NCBI GenBank assembly: GCA_043827405.1
Contig: JBDRPD010000062.1
Span: 64,001 to 128,000 of the forward strand
Direction of reading: 5' to 3'
DNA length: 64,000 nucleotides
DNA from: Elusimicrobiota bacterium
GTDB lineage: Bacteria; Elusimicrobiota; Elusimicrobia; UBA1565
Shown here: positions 43,528 to 53,392 of the stretch, one piece after another
How positions within the stretch are numbered: the stretch's first letter is position 1
Layout: every line of letters starts with the position of its first letter
Translations under genes and position numbers: made by a program
Notes under the pieces: generated by a model
Told to the model about the DNA's origin: nothing
What the model saw: the letters and a program-made list of their open reading frames with translations, nothing else
The model's database searches: none

Positions 43528-43567
43528 AGCGCCCCGGCGTACGCCAACGCCGGGGCGCTGTTATTTT
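43528..43567 (+). terminator. Rho-independent terminator of the oxidoreductase operon
   Basis: 13-bp stem AGCGCCCCGGCGT/ACGCCGGGGCGCT, loop ACGCCA, then GTTATTTT. Confidence 0.85.
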
Positions 43568-43605
43568 CGGCAAGAAGGGGCGCGGCGTGTCCGGTTCGGG
43601 GGCCG

Positions 43606-45444
43606 TCAGGTGATCCGGCGGCTGTAGAGCTGCAGCAGGTCGGTACGGCTGACGATGCCGATAATTTTTCGCGAGTCTTCGCGGTCGACGATCGGCAGGT
43701 GGTCGATCCCGTCGATGTTCATGCGGCGGATGACCTCGCCGGCGGGATCGTCGGCGTACAGCGGCTTGCCGGCGGTGCGCATGATCTTCTCGATCGGCAG
43801 ATCGGACGGCGGCGGCGGCTCGTGATCGTAGGCCGCCTGCGTCTCGGCATAGGTTACCATGCCGACCAGCCGGTCGTCCTTGTCGACGACCGGGAAGCCG
43901 GTGCGCTTGGTCTTGTTGAAGTGGCGGCCGAGCTTGCCGATCGGAAAGTCGTGCTCGATGGTGATCACCTTCCGGGTCATGATCTCCGAGATCGGCGTGA
44001 CATTCAAGAGCGAAGTGTCCGGGCGCTGGTTGAGCTGGATGCCGCGCCGCGCGAGCTTCATGGTGTAGATCGACTCCGGCTCAAAGGTGCGGGCCGTCAT
44101 CACGGCGGCGACAACGGAAACCATCAGCGGCAGGATAATCGAGTAGTCGTTGGTCATCTCGAAGAGGATCAGGATCGCCGTTAGGGGCGCATGCGTGGCG
44201 CCGCCGACGAAGGCCGCCATGCCGACCATGGCGTAGGCTCCCGGATCGACGATGCCCGGAAAGGGGATGCTCATCACCGCGCCGAACAGGCCGCCGAGCA
44301 TGGCGCCGCAGAACAGCGACGGCATGAACACGCCGCCCGAGCCGCCCGAGCCGAGCGTCAGCGAGGTCGACAGCGTCTTCGTGAGCAGCAGCAGCAGCAG
44401 GACCTTCATGGTAAAGGCGCCGGTCAGCGCCTGTTCGATGACGAGGTAGCCGGCGCCCAGCGCGCCCGGGACGAAAAAGCCGAGCGCGCCGACCAGCAGG
44501 CCGCCGACCGCCGGCTTCCAGGCGTCGTCGATTTTGAGCCGCAGGTCGAACTCGTCCTCTATGGCGTAGAGCGCGCGCACGAACAGCTTGGAGGTTATCC
44601 CCGCCAGGACGCCGAGAATGAGGTAGAGCACCAGCTCGCCGGAATGGATGAGGCGGTAGTGCGGGACCGAGAAATAGGCCGACGCGCCGTGCAGCCCCCG
44701 GGAGACGCTTGAGGCGACGACCGTGCTCAGCACCACCATGGCGAAGGGCGCCGCCGAGATTTCGCCGAGGATGATCTCCATGGCGAATGCCATGCCGCCG
44801 AGGGGGGCGTTGAAGGCGGCGGCGATGCCGGCCGCCGAGCCGGCGGCGGCCATGGTCTTGAGCGTTACCGGGGGCAGGCGGAAGCGCTGGGCCAGATAAG
44901 AGCCGATGGAGGCGCCGATCTGTACGATCGGGCCTTCGCGTCCGGCCGAGCCGCCGGTGCCGATCGTCATGGCGCTGCAGAAGGCCTTGAGCGCCGCCAC
45001 GCGGCCCCGGATGCGGCCGCCCTGCTGGTGCATCGCCAGCATAACCTCGGGGACGCCGTGTCCTTTCGATTCCGGCGAATAGTTCTTGATGATCGGCCCG
45101 ACGATCAGCCCGCCGATCGCCGGAAAAAACAGGATCTTCCAGCGCGACCACAGGGGGACGTCGGTCAGCGAAAATGGGGAGCCGCCCAGGCCGAGGTGGG
45201 AAACTTTGCGGATCATGATATCGAAGACGTAGGTGAAGGTGCCGGTGAACAGCCCGATGAGCACCGAGAGAACGACCAGAAACTTGGTCTCGGAAGGAGC
45301 GAGCATCGGCCCGTAATGCTTGAAGGTCGACCGCGTCCATCCGCGGACCTCTATCCAGTTTCGCAGGGCGGCCTGCGCCCAAGCCGGCACCTCGGAGAGG
45401 GTCTTCTTGTTCAGGTCTTGATCCGTTCGATCGCTTTGCGCCAT
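43606..45444 (-). CDS. ClC chloride channel/antiporter with tandem CBS domains
   Basis: GHGVPE, GREGP, FNAPL.G..FA.E, GGVFMP, FEMT..Y; C-terminal CBS pair. Start ATG 45444. Confidence 0.93.
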   Translation of the reverse strand: MAQSDRTDQDLNKKTLSEVPAWAQAALRNWIEVRGWTRSTFKHYGPMLAPSETKFLVVLSVLIGLFTGTFTYVFDIMIRKVSHLGLGGSPFSLTDVPLWSRWKILFFPAIGGLIVGPIIKNYSPESKGHGVPEVMLAMHQQGGRIRGRVAALKAFCSAMTIGTGGSAGREGPIVQIGASIGSYLAQRFRLPPVTLKTMAAAGSAAGIAAAFNAPLGGMAFAMEIILGEISAAPFAMVVLSTVVASSVSRGLHGASAYFSVPHYRLIHSGELVLYLILGVLAGITSKLFVRALYAIEDEFDLRLKIDDAWKPAVGGLLVGALGFFVPGALGAGYLVIEQALTGAFTMKVLLLLLLTKTLSTSLTLGSGGSGGVFMPSLFCGAMLGGLFGAVMSIPFPGIVDPGAYAMVGMAAFVGGATHAPLTAILILFEMTNDYSIILPLMVSVVAAVMTARTFEPESIYTMKLARRGIQLNQRPDTSLLNVTPISEIMTRKVITIEHDFPIGKLGRHFNKTKRTGFPVVDKDDRLVGMVTYAETQAAYDHEPPPPSDLPIEKIMRTAGKPLYADDPAGEVIRRMNIDGIDHLPIVDREDSRKIIGIVSRTDLLQLYSRRIT

Positions 45445-46415
45445 AGGGAAGATACAAGATACCTTTTCAGGTCCTGTTCGGGAACCCAGCGGGCCGCGGC
45501 CGGCAGCCGGCCGGAGATCGCGGCGGCGCGGACGCGGAGCGTGATGCGATGATGCGTGATGCTGTGGCGGATCGTCCGCAGCGGAACGCCCGCCTTGGCG
45601 CGGCGGAGGTGCCGCGGCTCGGGAAGCCCCCAGTGACCGCCGAGGAGGCGCTCGTCCGCGGCGCGGCGCCACAGCAGCCGCTTGCCGTTTCGCCGGATGT
45701 CCAGCCCGGTCCATTCCAGCCGGATCGTCGTCCGCCGGGCGGTCCGGCCGGGCAGCCGGTTCTGGGCGCCGTGCTGGCAGGCGAAGCAGAATTCCTGGAG
45801 CGGGCATTGCCGGCAGCGCGGGACATCCGGCGGGGGGAGGCAGACGAGCGCCCCGAGCTCCATAAGCGCCTGATTCCAATCCCCGGGACGCCGGGGATGC
45901 AGCAGCTCGCGGGCGGCCGCCCACAGCCGGCGCGATACCGCGGCCGTCTTGACGTCGCCGCGCACGCCGCGCAGGCGGGCGAGGACGCGCGCGACGTTGC
46001 CGTCCACCAGTTCATGGGGACGGCCGAAAGCGATCGAGGCGATCGCGGCCGCCGTATACGGACCGATCCCCGGCAGGGCGCGCAGCGCTTCGAGGCGGTC
46101 GGGCAGCCGGCCGCCGTGCTCGGCGGCGACCGCACGGGCCGCGCGGCGCAGGCTGCGGGCGCGGGAATAGTAGCCGAGGCCGGCCCACAGGCGGAGGACG
46201 TCGCTCTCGCGCGCCCGCGCCAGCGCCCGCAGCGACGGGTACTTTCGCAGGAAGCGGCGGAAGTACGGCACGACCGTGACAACCTGCGTCTGCTGCAGCA
46301 TGATTTCGGAGAGCCAGACGCGGTAGGGGGAGGGATTCTCCCGCCAGGGGAGGCGGCGGCGGTGCCTGTCATACCAGTCAAGAAGGCGCCGCCGCAGGGC
46401 CGCCCGCTTATTCAT
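45411..46415 (-). CDS. mutY: A/G-specific adenine glycosylase MutY
   Basis: WLSEIMLQQT, GLGYYSRAR, LPGIGPYTA, VDGNV.RV, four-Cys Fe-S motif, HSITH. Confidence 0.95.
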   Translation of the reverse strand: MNKRAALRRRLLDWYDRHRRRLPWRENPSPYRVWLSEIMLQQTQVVTVVPYFRRFLRKYPSLRALARARESDVLRLWAGLGYYSRARSLRRAARAVAAEHGGRLPDRLEALRALPGIGPYTAAAIASIAFGRPHELVDGNVARVLARLRGVRGDVKTAAVSRRLWAAARELLHPRRPGDWNQALMELGALVCLPPPDVPRCRQCPLQEFCFACQHGAQNRLPGRTARRTTIRLEWTGLDIRRNGKRLLWRRAADERLLGGHWGLPEPRHLRRAKAGVPLRTIRHSITHHRITLRVRAAAISGRLPAAARWVPEQDLKRYLVSSLWRKAIERIKT

Positions 46416-47116
46416 CGCGCGGCGCTTCGGCTAACGCCGGACCGCTCCTCGCGCAGCAGCCGTCCGTCTTTCATGTGCAGCACATGCTGTGCGCGGTCGG
46501 CGATCTCCTTGGCATGGGTGACGACGAGCAGCGTCATCCCCTCCCGGTGCAGGTCGTCGAAGAGATCGAGGATTTCAACCGCCGTGCGCGAATCGAGATT
46601 GCCGGTCGGCTCGTCCGCCAGCAGGACGGAGGGGGAGTTCGCCAGAGCGCGGGCGATCCCGACGCGCTGACGTTCTCCGCCGGAAAGCTCCAACGGGGTA
46701 TTGCCGTTCTTGCCGCCCAGGCCCACGCGCGCCAGCAGTTCCGCGGCGCGGGCGCACGCTCGGTCGCGCGTGATGCCGGCGTAGTTCATCGGCAGGCAGA
46801 CGTTCTGCAGGGCGGTCATGCGCGGCAGCAGGTTGAACGACTGGAAGACGAAGCCGAGCTTGCCGCGGCGCAGGCACGTGCGCTGGCCGTCGTCGAGCCC
46901 CTCTGCCTGCTGCCCGTCGAGCCGGTAGGAGCCCGAGGTCGGGGTGTCCATGAGCCCGAGCAGGTTAAGCAGCGTCGATTTGCCGCAGCCCGAGGGGCCC
47001 ATGATCGCGGCATACTCGCCGGCGGGGATGCTGAACGACACGGTATCGAGCGCGCGGAAGACGTTGTCTCCCTTGCCGTATTCCTTGACGAGGTCTTGCG
47101 CTTCGATTACCGCCAT
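46412..47116 (-). CDS. ABC transporter ATP-binding protein (MacB/LolD type)
   Basis: GPSGCGKST, FVFQSFNL, LSGGERQR, LADEPTGNLD, VTH. Confidence 0.95.
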   Translation of the reverse strand: MAVIEAQDLVKEYGKGDNVFRALDTVSFSIPAGEYAAIMGPSGCGKSTLLNLLGLMDTPTSGSYRLDGQQAEGLDDGQRTCLRRGKLGFVFQSFNLLPRMTALQNVCLPMNYAGITRDRACARAAELLARVGLGGKNGNTPLELSGGERQRVGIARALANSPSVLLADEPTGNLDSRTAVEILDLFDDLHREGMTLLVVTHAKEIADRAQHVLHMKDGRLLREERSGVSRSAAR

Positions 47117-48414
47117 ATCGGCTGCCCTATGGCCTTGCGATATTCCGCGCGGCTGATGTTCGTATCGTTGTAGGCGAGCATGCGCTCTCGCTGCGCGCGT
47201 ACGTGGTCCAGCAGCGCCTGTGAAAGACGGATGACGTCGGCGCTGCCCTGGCTGTACTGCTCCGCCACGATCTCGTAGTTCTGCCGGGAGATCTCTTCCT
47301 TGCGTACGGATATCTGATAGGAGCGGGTTGCGCGCAGCAAGTTGACATGCGCCCGGTAGACCTCCTCGCGCACGGCGCGGCGCTGTGCTTCGCTGTCGTG
47401 GAGGGTGGCGCGCCGGACGGCGCGGGCGGCGGCGAGGTCCTGGACCTGGGAGTAAAAGTTGAAGGACGAAGGGAGCGCCAGTTTGAGGGTGAAGCCGTAG
47501 GCGGCGGTGCCGATGCCGAAATCCTGCGTCGTCCGCTGGTAGTCGGCGGAAACCGGATGCGAGAGGTCGAAGTCCAGTGCGAGCCCGGGAAGAACATTGC
47601 GCACGGCCTGCTTGAATGCCGCGTCGGCGTGCCGGCGCCGCAGCCGGTCTTTCCGCATCTCCGGGCGGTCGCGCGGCGCGGCGCGCAGGCCGTCTTCCAG
47701 ACGCGGCGCCTCGGTAGTGCCCAAGGTCAGGTCGACGTCGAACTCTACCGGGGTGTCCTCGGGCTGGGCGAGAAGGATGTTGAACTTGAAAAGAGCCAGC
47801 CGTCTTTCCGCCTCGGCCGTTTCTACCTCCAGCTCGCTCGAGCGCCAGTCGGTCTCGGTCTTCAGCAGATCGGACAGGCTTTTCATCCCGTGCCGGTAGC
47901 GGTCCTGAGTAAGCTCGTATTGCTCGCTCTGCGCCTTGCGGTTGGCCTGCGCGACAGCGAGGAGTTTATCGCGCAGGAGCAGCGCGTAGTAGGCGCGCAC
48001 CGCCTCGAGCGCGCTCGCTTGCCGCGTGATTTCCAGGTCCTCGCGGGCGACTTCGCGGCTAAGGCGCGAAGTGCGAACGCTCAGCGAGTCCGCGAAACTG
48101 TTGAAGAGGTTCCATGAAGCTCCCGGCGTCAGACGGATATCGTTGGCTGCGCCGCGCCAGGCGCCGAACGTGAAGCGGTTGTCGCGGGCGAGCTTGGCGG
48201 GCGTCAGGGTTCCGGTGAAGGAAAGGGCGGGAAAAAAGGCGGCGGCGAACTCTGATTTCCAGCGCGCCGAGGCCGTGCGCAGGTCGTCGTGGGCCTTCTT
48301 GGATTCGGGCGAGGCGGCGATAACCTCCCGGATATAGGCATCGGGGGTGAAGCCGGTTTCCGCCGCTTGCGCGGAGCCCGCGATGAGAATAAGCAGGCAG
48401 CCCCGCGCTAGCAC
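47107..48414 (-). CDS. TolC-family outer membrane efflux protein
   Basis: Signal peptide; two OEP-like repeats (FFPALSF..WNLFN, RYRHG..S..DL; LPGL.L, QYSQG.AD...L). Confidence 0.82.
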   Translation of the reverse strand: MLARGCLLILIAGSAQAAETGFTPDAYIREVIAASPESKKAHDDLRTASARWKSEFAAAFFPALSFTGTLTPAKLARDNRFTFGAWRGAANDIRLTPGASWNLFNSFADSLSVRTSRLSREVAREDLEITRQASALEAVRAYYALLLRDKLLAVAQANRKAQSEQYELTQDRYRHGMKSLSDLLKTETDWRSSELEVETAEAERRLALFKFNILLAQPEDTPVEFDVDLTLGTTEAPRLEDGLRAAPRDRPEMRKDRLRRRHADAAFKQAVRNVLPGLALDFDLSHPVSADYQRTTQDFGIGTAAYGFTLKLALPSSFNFYSQVQDLAAARAVRRATLHDSEAQRRAVREEVYRAHVNLLRATRSYQISVRKEEISRQNYEIVAEQYSQGSADVIRLSQALLDHVRAQRERMLAYNDTNISRAEYRKAIGQPIWR

Positions 48415-48421
48415 AAAGGAT

Positions 48422-48727
48422 TTATTCCTGAGGGACGAGGTTGTTGACTACGGCCTGCACGCCCTGCACGCCGCGCACGATCGGGGTGATCTGGCGCTTC
48501 ATCGCATAGGTCAGGATCATGCCCGACAGGTAGACGGTGCGGTTGTGGACGGATATCGACATCAGGTCGGTCTCCAGCTCCGGACGCTGTTTGAGTTCGT
48601 TTTTTACCCGCGCGCGAATGGCGGCGTCGCTCATGTCGACGCGCTTCATCTGCCGGATGCAGCCGGTGGTGAGGGGCATGGAAAAACCGACGAAAATGGA
48701 AAGCAAAACAGCAAAACGAAAGTTCAT
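48422..48727 (-). CDS. BON domain lipoprotein
   Basis: Lipobox-like LTTGC; DAAIRARVK..L, VYLSG, GVQGVQAVVNNL. Confidence 0.85.
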   Translation of the reverse strand: MNFRFAVLLSIFVGFSMPLTTGCIRQMKRVDMSDAAIRARVKNELKQRPELETDLMSISVHNRTVYLSGMILTYAMKRQITPIVRGVQGVQAVVNNLVPQE

Positions 48728-48826
48728 AGCATGCTCCTGATATCCGTCCTGCCAGCTTGTTTGACGGAGTGTTTCATTGTACAATTTTGCCGGAAACGCC
48801 AATAGGCCCGCCGTTTCCTTTCCCAC

Positions 48827-49435
48827 ATGAAAATCCTTCTGGCTACGGGTAATCCGCACAAGGCACGCGAGGTCGCGCCGCTGCTGTCCGGCATCGACGT
48901 CGAGCTGCTGACGCTCGCCGACCTGCCCGAGATCCCCGCCGTCGTGGAAGACGGCGCGACACTCGACGCCAATGCCCGCAAGAAGGCGCTCGAGCCGGCC
49001 GCCGCTTCCGGGCTATGGACGCTCGCCGACGATACCGGACTGGAGGTGGAGGCTCTCGACGGCGCTCCCGGGGTGTACTCCGCGCGCTATGCGGGGGAGG
49101 GCTGCGACTTCGCGGCTAATATCGAGAAGCTCCTGCGCGAGCTGCGGGGCGTGCCGGAGGCGCGGCGCGGCGCCGCCTTCCGTACCGTCGTGGCGTTGGC
49201 CTCCCCGTCGGGAGAGGTGCGCTGCGTCGAAGGCCGGCTGGACGGCCGTATCGCGGAAGCGGCGGCCGGCGGCGGCGGTTTCGGCTATGATCCGCTCTTT
49301 TTCGTCCCCGAGCTGGGACGAACGCTGGCCGAGATCAGCGCCGAAAAGAAGAATGAGATCAGCCATCGCGGCCGCGCGATCCGGGCTATCGTTCCCGCGC
49401 TGCGGGACGTGATCGCCGCCGCCTCAACCGCATGA
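48827..49435 (+). CDS. rdgB: Non-canonical purine NTP pyrophosphatase (RdgB/HAM1)
   Basis: LATGNPHK, ADDTGL, PGVYSARYAG, GFGYDP.F, KNEISHRG. Confidence 0.96.
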   Translation: MKILLATGNPHKAREVAPLLSGIDVELLTLADLPEIPAVVEDGATLDANARKKALEPAAASGLWTLADDTGLEVEALDGAPGVYSARYAGEGCDFAANIEKLLRELRGVPEARRGAAFRTVVALASPSGEVRCVEGRLDGRIAEAAAGGGGFGYDPLFFVPELGRTLAEISAEKKNEISHRGRAIRAIVPALRDVIAAASTA

Positions 49436-51147
49436 AGATTCCCGCGGCGGGCGCACTTGCGCTTATGCTGGCGGTCGGTGCCGCCGCCTGGGCGGCGAAG
49501 ACCGACGGGGTCCGGCAGCTCACCTACTGGGATCAGATCATGCAGGCGCAGAGCCGCAAGTGGATGTCCCGCGGCTCCGAGCAGATGCGCCAGGGGAAGT
49601 ATGAGGACGCCGTTGAGCAGTTCGCCAAGGCCGCGGTGGCCGACCCCGAGGATCCTCAAGCGCACCGCTTGCTCGGCGTTTCCTACTACTGGGCGGGCCG
49701 CGTCGATCAAGCGGAGATCGAGATTCGTGAGAGCCTGCGCCTGGAGCCGAAAAGCAGCCAGGGGCATCTCCTGCTCGGAATCATCCAGGCCTGGAAGGGC
49801 GAACTGGAACTCGCCTATTCATCGTTTAAGCGTGCCTCCCGCATCGAGCCCGAGCGCGCCGACATCCAGATGAATCTCGGTTCCATGGAAGAGACGCTCG
49901 GGATGTATCCCGAGGCGCTGGCGCATTTTCGCAAGGCCGCCGAACTGGACAAGAAGCACCCGCTGTATCACTTCCAGCTCGGCATGATTTACCGGCGGCT
50001 CGGGCGTGAAGAGGAGGCGATCGACTCCATGCGCCAAGCCATACGGCTTTTCCCCGGCTTCGAAGACGCCATGCTGGAGCTGGGTGCGATATACGAGCGC
50101 ATCGGCCGGAAGACGGAAGCGCTGCGGATGTTCGAGAAGTCTGTTCGGCTCAAAGAGCGCGACTCGGTCGCCCGCTTCCGGCTGGCCCGGCTGTATCTTG
50201 ACCAGGGGAAGACGGAGAAGGCGCGGGCGGTGCTGCGGGAGGTCTTTCACTTGACGCCCGCGGACCAGCTGGGCGGTCTGGCGCTGTCGCTTTCCTTCGG
50301 CGGCAAGCCCACTGGGGGCGGGGAGGAGGCGAAACCCAATCCCGCGGCTCCCGATGAAAGCACTCCCGGCGCCGCCGGCCCGCTTGACGTGCTCAAGCGC
50401 AACCTGGAGCGCATCCCGTTGGATCAGGATGCGGTGCTTAATGCGGATGTAGTGTTTCTGTCGCCGTCGAAGCTGGTGGAGCGTGAACGGCGGGAGGGCC
50501 CGTCCTCGCTCAAGAATGCGCTGGAGCGCGCGGGAAAGGTTCCGTCAGGGACCACGCTCGGCGCCCAGCGCGAATTTCAACTGGCGGCGGGGAGCGCCGA
50601 GGCGCGGGCGCGGCAGATCGCGGAGGTCGTCAATGACCTGCGGGAAGTGCTGGATACCGCGCCGCCCGGAGCCGAGACGCGCTTCGGGATGAAGCTCAAC
50701 TTCACCAGCGCGGCGAAAGGCGCTGCCGGCGCCAAGCAAGGGAAAAAGGCCAAGGTCGCTTATCAGCCCCGGGATGTGGGCAACGATATGGGGCTGTGGG
50801 TCAAAGGTACGGGCTGGATGATCTTGGTCGACGAGCAGCTGACGCAGCGCGGTGAGACCATGGCGCACGCGGACAGCGCCGACTGGTGGAGCGTCGAAGG
50901 TATCGGGCTCGCCATCATGGGACGCGCGGAGCGGGCCGCGGCCGCGTTCGCGGAGGCTTTGCGGCTTGATGCCGGCAACGAGCTGGCCCATCTGGGTATC
51001 GGCGTCACCCGCGTCATTTCCGGCGACGAAGAGGGGGCGGTCGCCGCTTACCGCCGCGCGTTGGAAATCAATCCCAAAAATCGCGCCGCCGCCGACGGAT
51101 TGAAATGGCTGCTGCGCAAGCCCGCCGGGGAGGAAGAGAAGCCATGA
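49432..51147 (+). CDS. Secreted tetratricopeptide repeat protein
   Basis: Signal peptide; multiple TPR-like units (AHRLLG..YY..G, GHLLLG, YHFQLG, ARFRLA). Confidence 0.85.
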   Translation: MKIPAAGALALMLAVGAAAWAAKTDGVRQLTYWDQIMQAQSRKWMSRGSEQMRQGKYEDAVEQFAKAAVADPEDPQAHRLLGVSYYWAGRVDQAEIEIRESLRLEPKSSQGHLLLGIIQAWKGELELAYSSFKRASRIEPERADIQMNLGSMEETLGMYPEALAHFRKAAELDKKHPLYHFQLGMIYRRLGREEEAIDSMRQAIRLFPGFEDAMLELGAIYERIGRKTEALRMFEKSVRLKERDSVARFRLARLYLDQGKTEKARAVLREVFHLTPADQLGGLALSLSFGGKPTGGGEEAKPNPAAPDESTPGAAGPLDVLKRNLERIPLDQDAVLNADVVFLSPSKLVERERREGPSSLKNALERAGKVPSGTTLGAQREFQLAAGSAEARARQIAEVVNDLREVLDTAPPGAETRFGMKLNFTSAAKGAAGAKQGKKAKVAYQPRDVGNDMGLWVKGTGWMILVDEQLTQRGETMAHADSADWWSVEGIGLAIMGRAERAAAAFAEALRLDAGNELAHLGIGVTRVISGDEEGAVAAYRRALEINPKNRAAADGLKWLLRKPAGEEEKP

Positions 51148-52547
51148 AGGATTCGCGCATCATGGGCCGCGTCCGCCGCATCCATTTCGTCGGCATCGGC
51201 GGTATCGGGATGAGCGGGATCGCGCAGGTGCTTTTGAACCTCGGCTATCAGGTCGCCGGCTCGGATCTCAAGCCGACCGAGCTGACCCGGCGCCTGGCGG
51301 CGGGCGGCGCCCGAATATTTACCGGCCACCGGGCCGGCAACATCCGCGGCGCCGAGGTCGTGGTGGTCAGCTCCGCGGTCGCCCGGTCCAACCCGGAGGT
51401 CCGCGCCGCGCGGGCCGGAGGAATCCCCGTGATACCGCGCGCCGAGATGCTGGCCGAGCTCGCGCGCCTCAAGAAGACCGTGACGGTATCGGGCACGCAC
51501 GGCAAGACGACGACGACGGCGATGACCGCCGTGGCGCTGGCGGCCGCCGGGGCCGATCCGACCATGATCGTCGGCGGCCAGCTGGCGAACATCGGCTCCA
51601 ATGCCCGCTTGGGCATGGGCGAGCTCCTCGTCGCCGAGGCCGACGAGTCGGACGGCTCATTCCTGCGCCTGCGGCCGCTGGTTACGGTGGTGACGAATAT
51701 CGATTCCGATCACCTCGACCATTACGGCAGCTTCGGCGCGCTGAAGAAGGCGTTTTTGACGCATATCCATTCCGTGCCCTTTGACGGCGTCGCCGTGCTG
51801 TGCCTGGACGATCCTGTCGTGCGCGCGCTGCTGGCGCAGGTCGACCGGCCGGTCGTGACCTACGGCTTGCGCCAGGGGGCGGACTGGCGCGGCCGGATAC
51901 TGCCGGACAAGCGGAGCCGGAATTGGGGGATGCGCGTCGCGCTCTATCGCAAGGGACGCAAGGCCGGCACGCTGACGCTTAAAGTTCCCGGCCGCCACAA
52001 CGCGCAGAATGCCTTGGCCGCGGTCGCGGTCTGCTCGTGGCTGGGGATGGATCTTAAAAAGACGCTGCGCGGCCTGGCGTCGTACGACGGCGTCGGCCGC
52101 CGGCTCGACCGCCTGGGTGAGGCGGCCGGCGTGACCTTTATCGACGATTACGGGCATCATCCGACCGAGCTCCGGACGGTGCTGGAGACGGTGCGCTCGC
52201 GGATGACGCGGCGGCAGCGCCTGGTGGCGATCTTTCAGCCGCATCGCTACAGCCGGACCAAAGCGCTGCACCGCAGCTTCGGCCCGGCGCTGGCCCTGGC
52301 GGATAAAGCCTATGTGATGGAGATCTACGCGGCGGGAGAAAAGCCCCTGCGCGGGGTGACTTCCAGGCTCATCCTGGAGGCCGCGCGGCGCAGCGGCGCC
52401 GACGCGCATGCGTACACCCGCGTCGTGGATCTCGTTCGCGAGCTCAAGCCGGGCGATGTCGTGGTAACGCTGGGAGCCGGCGATGTCTGGAAGACCGGCC
52501 TTGATCTTCTACGGCGGCTTGATCGCCGCACTCTGGCTTCGATCTGA
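51144..52547 (+). CDS. murC: UDP-N-acetylmuramate--L-alanine ligase
   Basis: IHFVGIGGIGMSGIA, GTHGKTTT, EADESDGSF, DHLDHY, DDYGHHPTE, FQPHRYSRT. Confidence 0.97.
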   Translation: MKDSRIMGRVRRIHFVGIGGIGMSGIAQVLLNLGYQVAGSDLKPTELTRRLAAGGARIFTGHRAGNIRGAEVVVVSSAVARSNPEVRAARAGGIPVIPRAEMLAELARLKKTVTVSGTHGKTTTTAMTAVALAAAGADPTMIVGGQLANIGSNARLGMGELLVAEADESDGSFLRLRPLVTVVTNIDSDHLDHYGSFGALKKAFLTHIHSVPFDGVAVLCLDDPVVRALLAQVDRPVVTYGLRQGADWRGRILPDKRSRNWGMRVALYRKGRKAGTLTLKVPGRHNAQNALAAVAVCSWLGMDLKKTLRGLASYDGVGRRLDRLGEAAGVTFIDDYGHHPTELRTVLETVRSRMTRRQRLVAIFQPHRYSRTKALHRSFGPALALADKAYVMEIYAAGEKPLRGVTSRLILEAARRSGADAHAYTRVVDLVRELKPGDVVVTLGAGDVWKTGLDLLRRLDRRTLASI

Positions 52548-53329
52548 TGCCCGCGAAGCTCGACCAGCACTTCCTCATCGACGGCGCGGCGGCCGACAAA
52601 ATCGTGGCGGCCGCCGAGCTGCGCGGCGGCGAGCGGGTGGTTGAGATCGGACCGGGCCGGGGCGTTTTGACGGAGCGGCTGCTCGGCGTCGGCGCCCGGG
52701 TCACCGCCGTGGAGTTCGACCCGGAGCTGGCCGACCGGCTGCGCCGCAAGTATATCGATGGGAACCTCGACGTTATCCATAGTGACTGGCTCAGGCTTGA
52801 TCTGTCGTCTCTGCCGGCGCCGGCGAAAATCGTTTCCAATCTGCCGTATTCGGTGGCGACGCCGATCCTGCAGCGGCTGCTGGACTGGCCGGCCTGGACG
52901 ATCGCGGTGCTGATGTTTCAGAAGGAGGTCGCCGATCGCATCCTCGCGCCGGAGGGAACCAAGCCGTACGGGATACTGAGCCTCTCGGTGCGCATCAAGG
53001 CCGATGCCGAGCGCCTCTGCGACGTCGGGCGGGAGAGCTTCCGCCCGCCGCCCAAGGTCGAGTCGTCGGTTGTCGTGCTGCGGCGCCTGAGCCGCACGCG
53101 TCTCCCCAATGAAGTGGCGGAGCGGGATTTTTTTCGCGTCGTCAAGGCGGCGTTCGGCCAGCGGCGAAAGATGGCGGCGAAAAACCTCGCCGCCGAGTTC
53201 GGCGCCGAGCGCGCGGCGGTGGAGAAGCATTTTCGCGCCTGCTCCCTGCGCAAGGACGCGCGGGCCGAGACCGTGCCCCTGAAGGCGTTTATCGAGCTCA
53301 CCCAGCGGCTCTGCGAGAGCGGGGCGTAA
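52547..53329 (+). CDS. rsmA: 16S rRNA dimethyltransferase RsmA/KsgA
   Basis: LDQHFL, VEIGPG.G.LT, SNLPY, MFQKEVA.R, F.PPPKV.S, FGQRRK. Confidence 0.96.
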   Translation: MPAKLDQHFLIDGAAADKIVAAAELRGGERVVEIGPGRGVLTERLLGVGARVTAVEFDPELADRLRRKYIDGNLDVIHSDWLRLDLSSLPAPAKIVSNLPYSVATPILQRLLDWPAWTIAVLMFQKEVADRILAPEGTKPYGILSLSVRIKADAERLCDVGRESFRPPPKVESSVVVLRRLSRTRLPNEVAERDFFRVVKAAFGQRRKMAAKNLAAEFGAERAAVEKHFRACSLRKDARAETVPLKAFIELTQRLCESGA

Positions 53330-53392
53330 AGAACCGCGCTCCGGCCGCGGGGTAGGACGCGGCCGAAGCGCGGAGTACGGCTGAGATATCCC

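Noticed and set aside
43606..45444. Fluoride-specific CLC-F exporter
   Set aside because: Has GHGVPE/GREGP rather than the GNNLI/GREGT-type CLC-F signature; no fluoride riboswitch seen.
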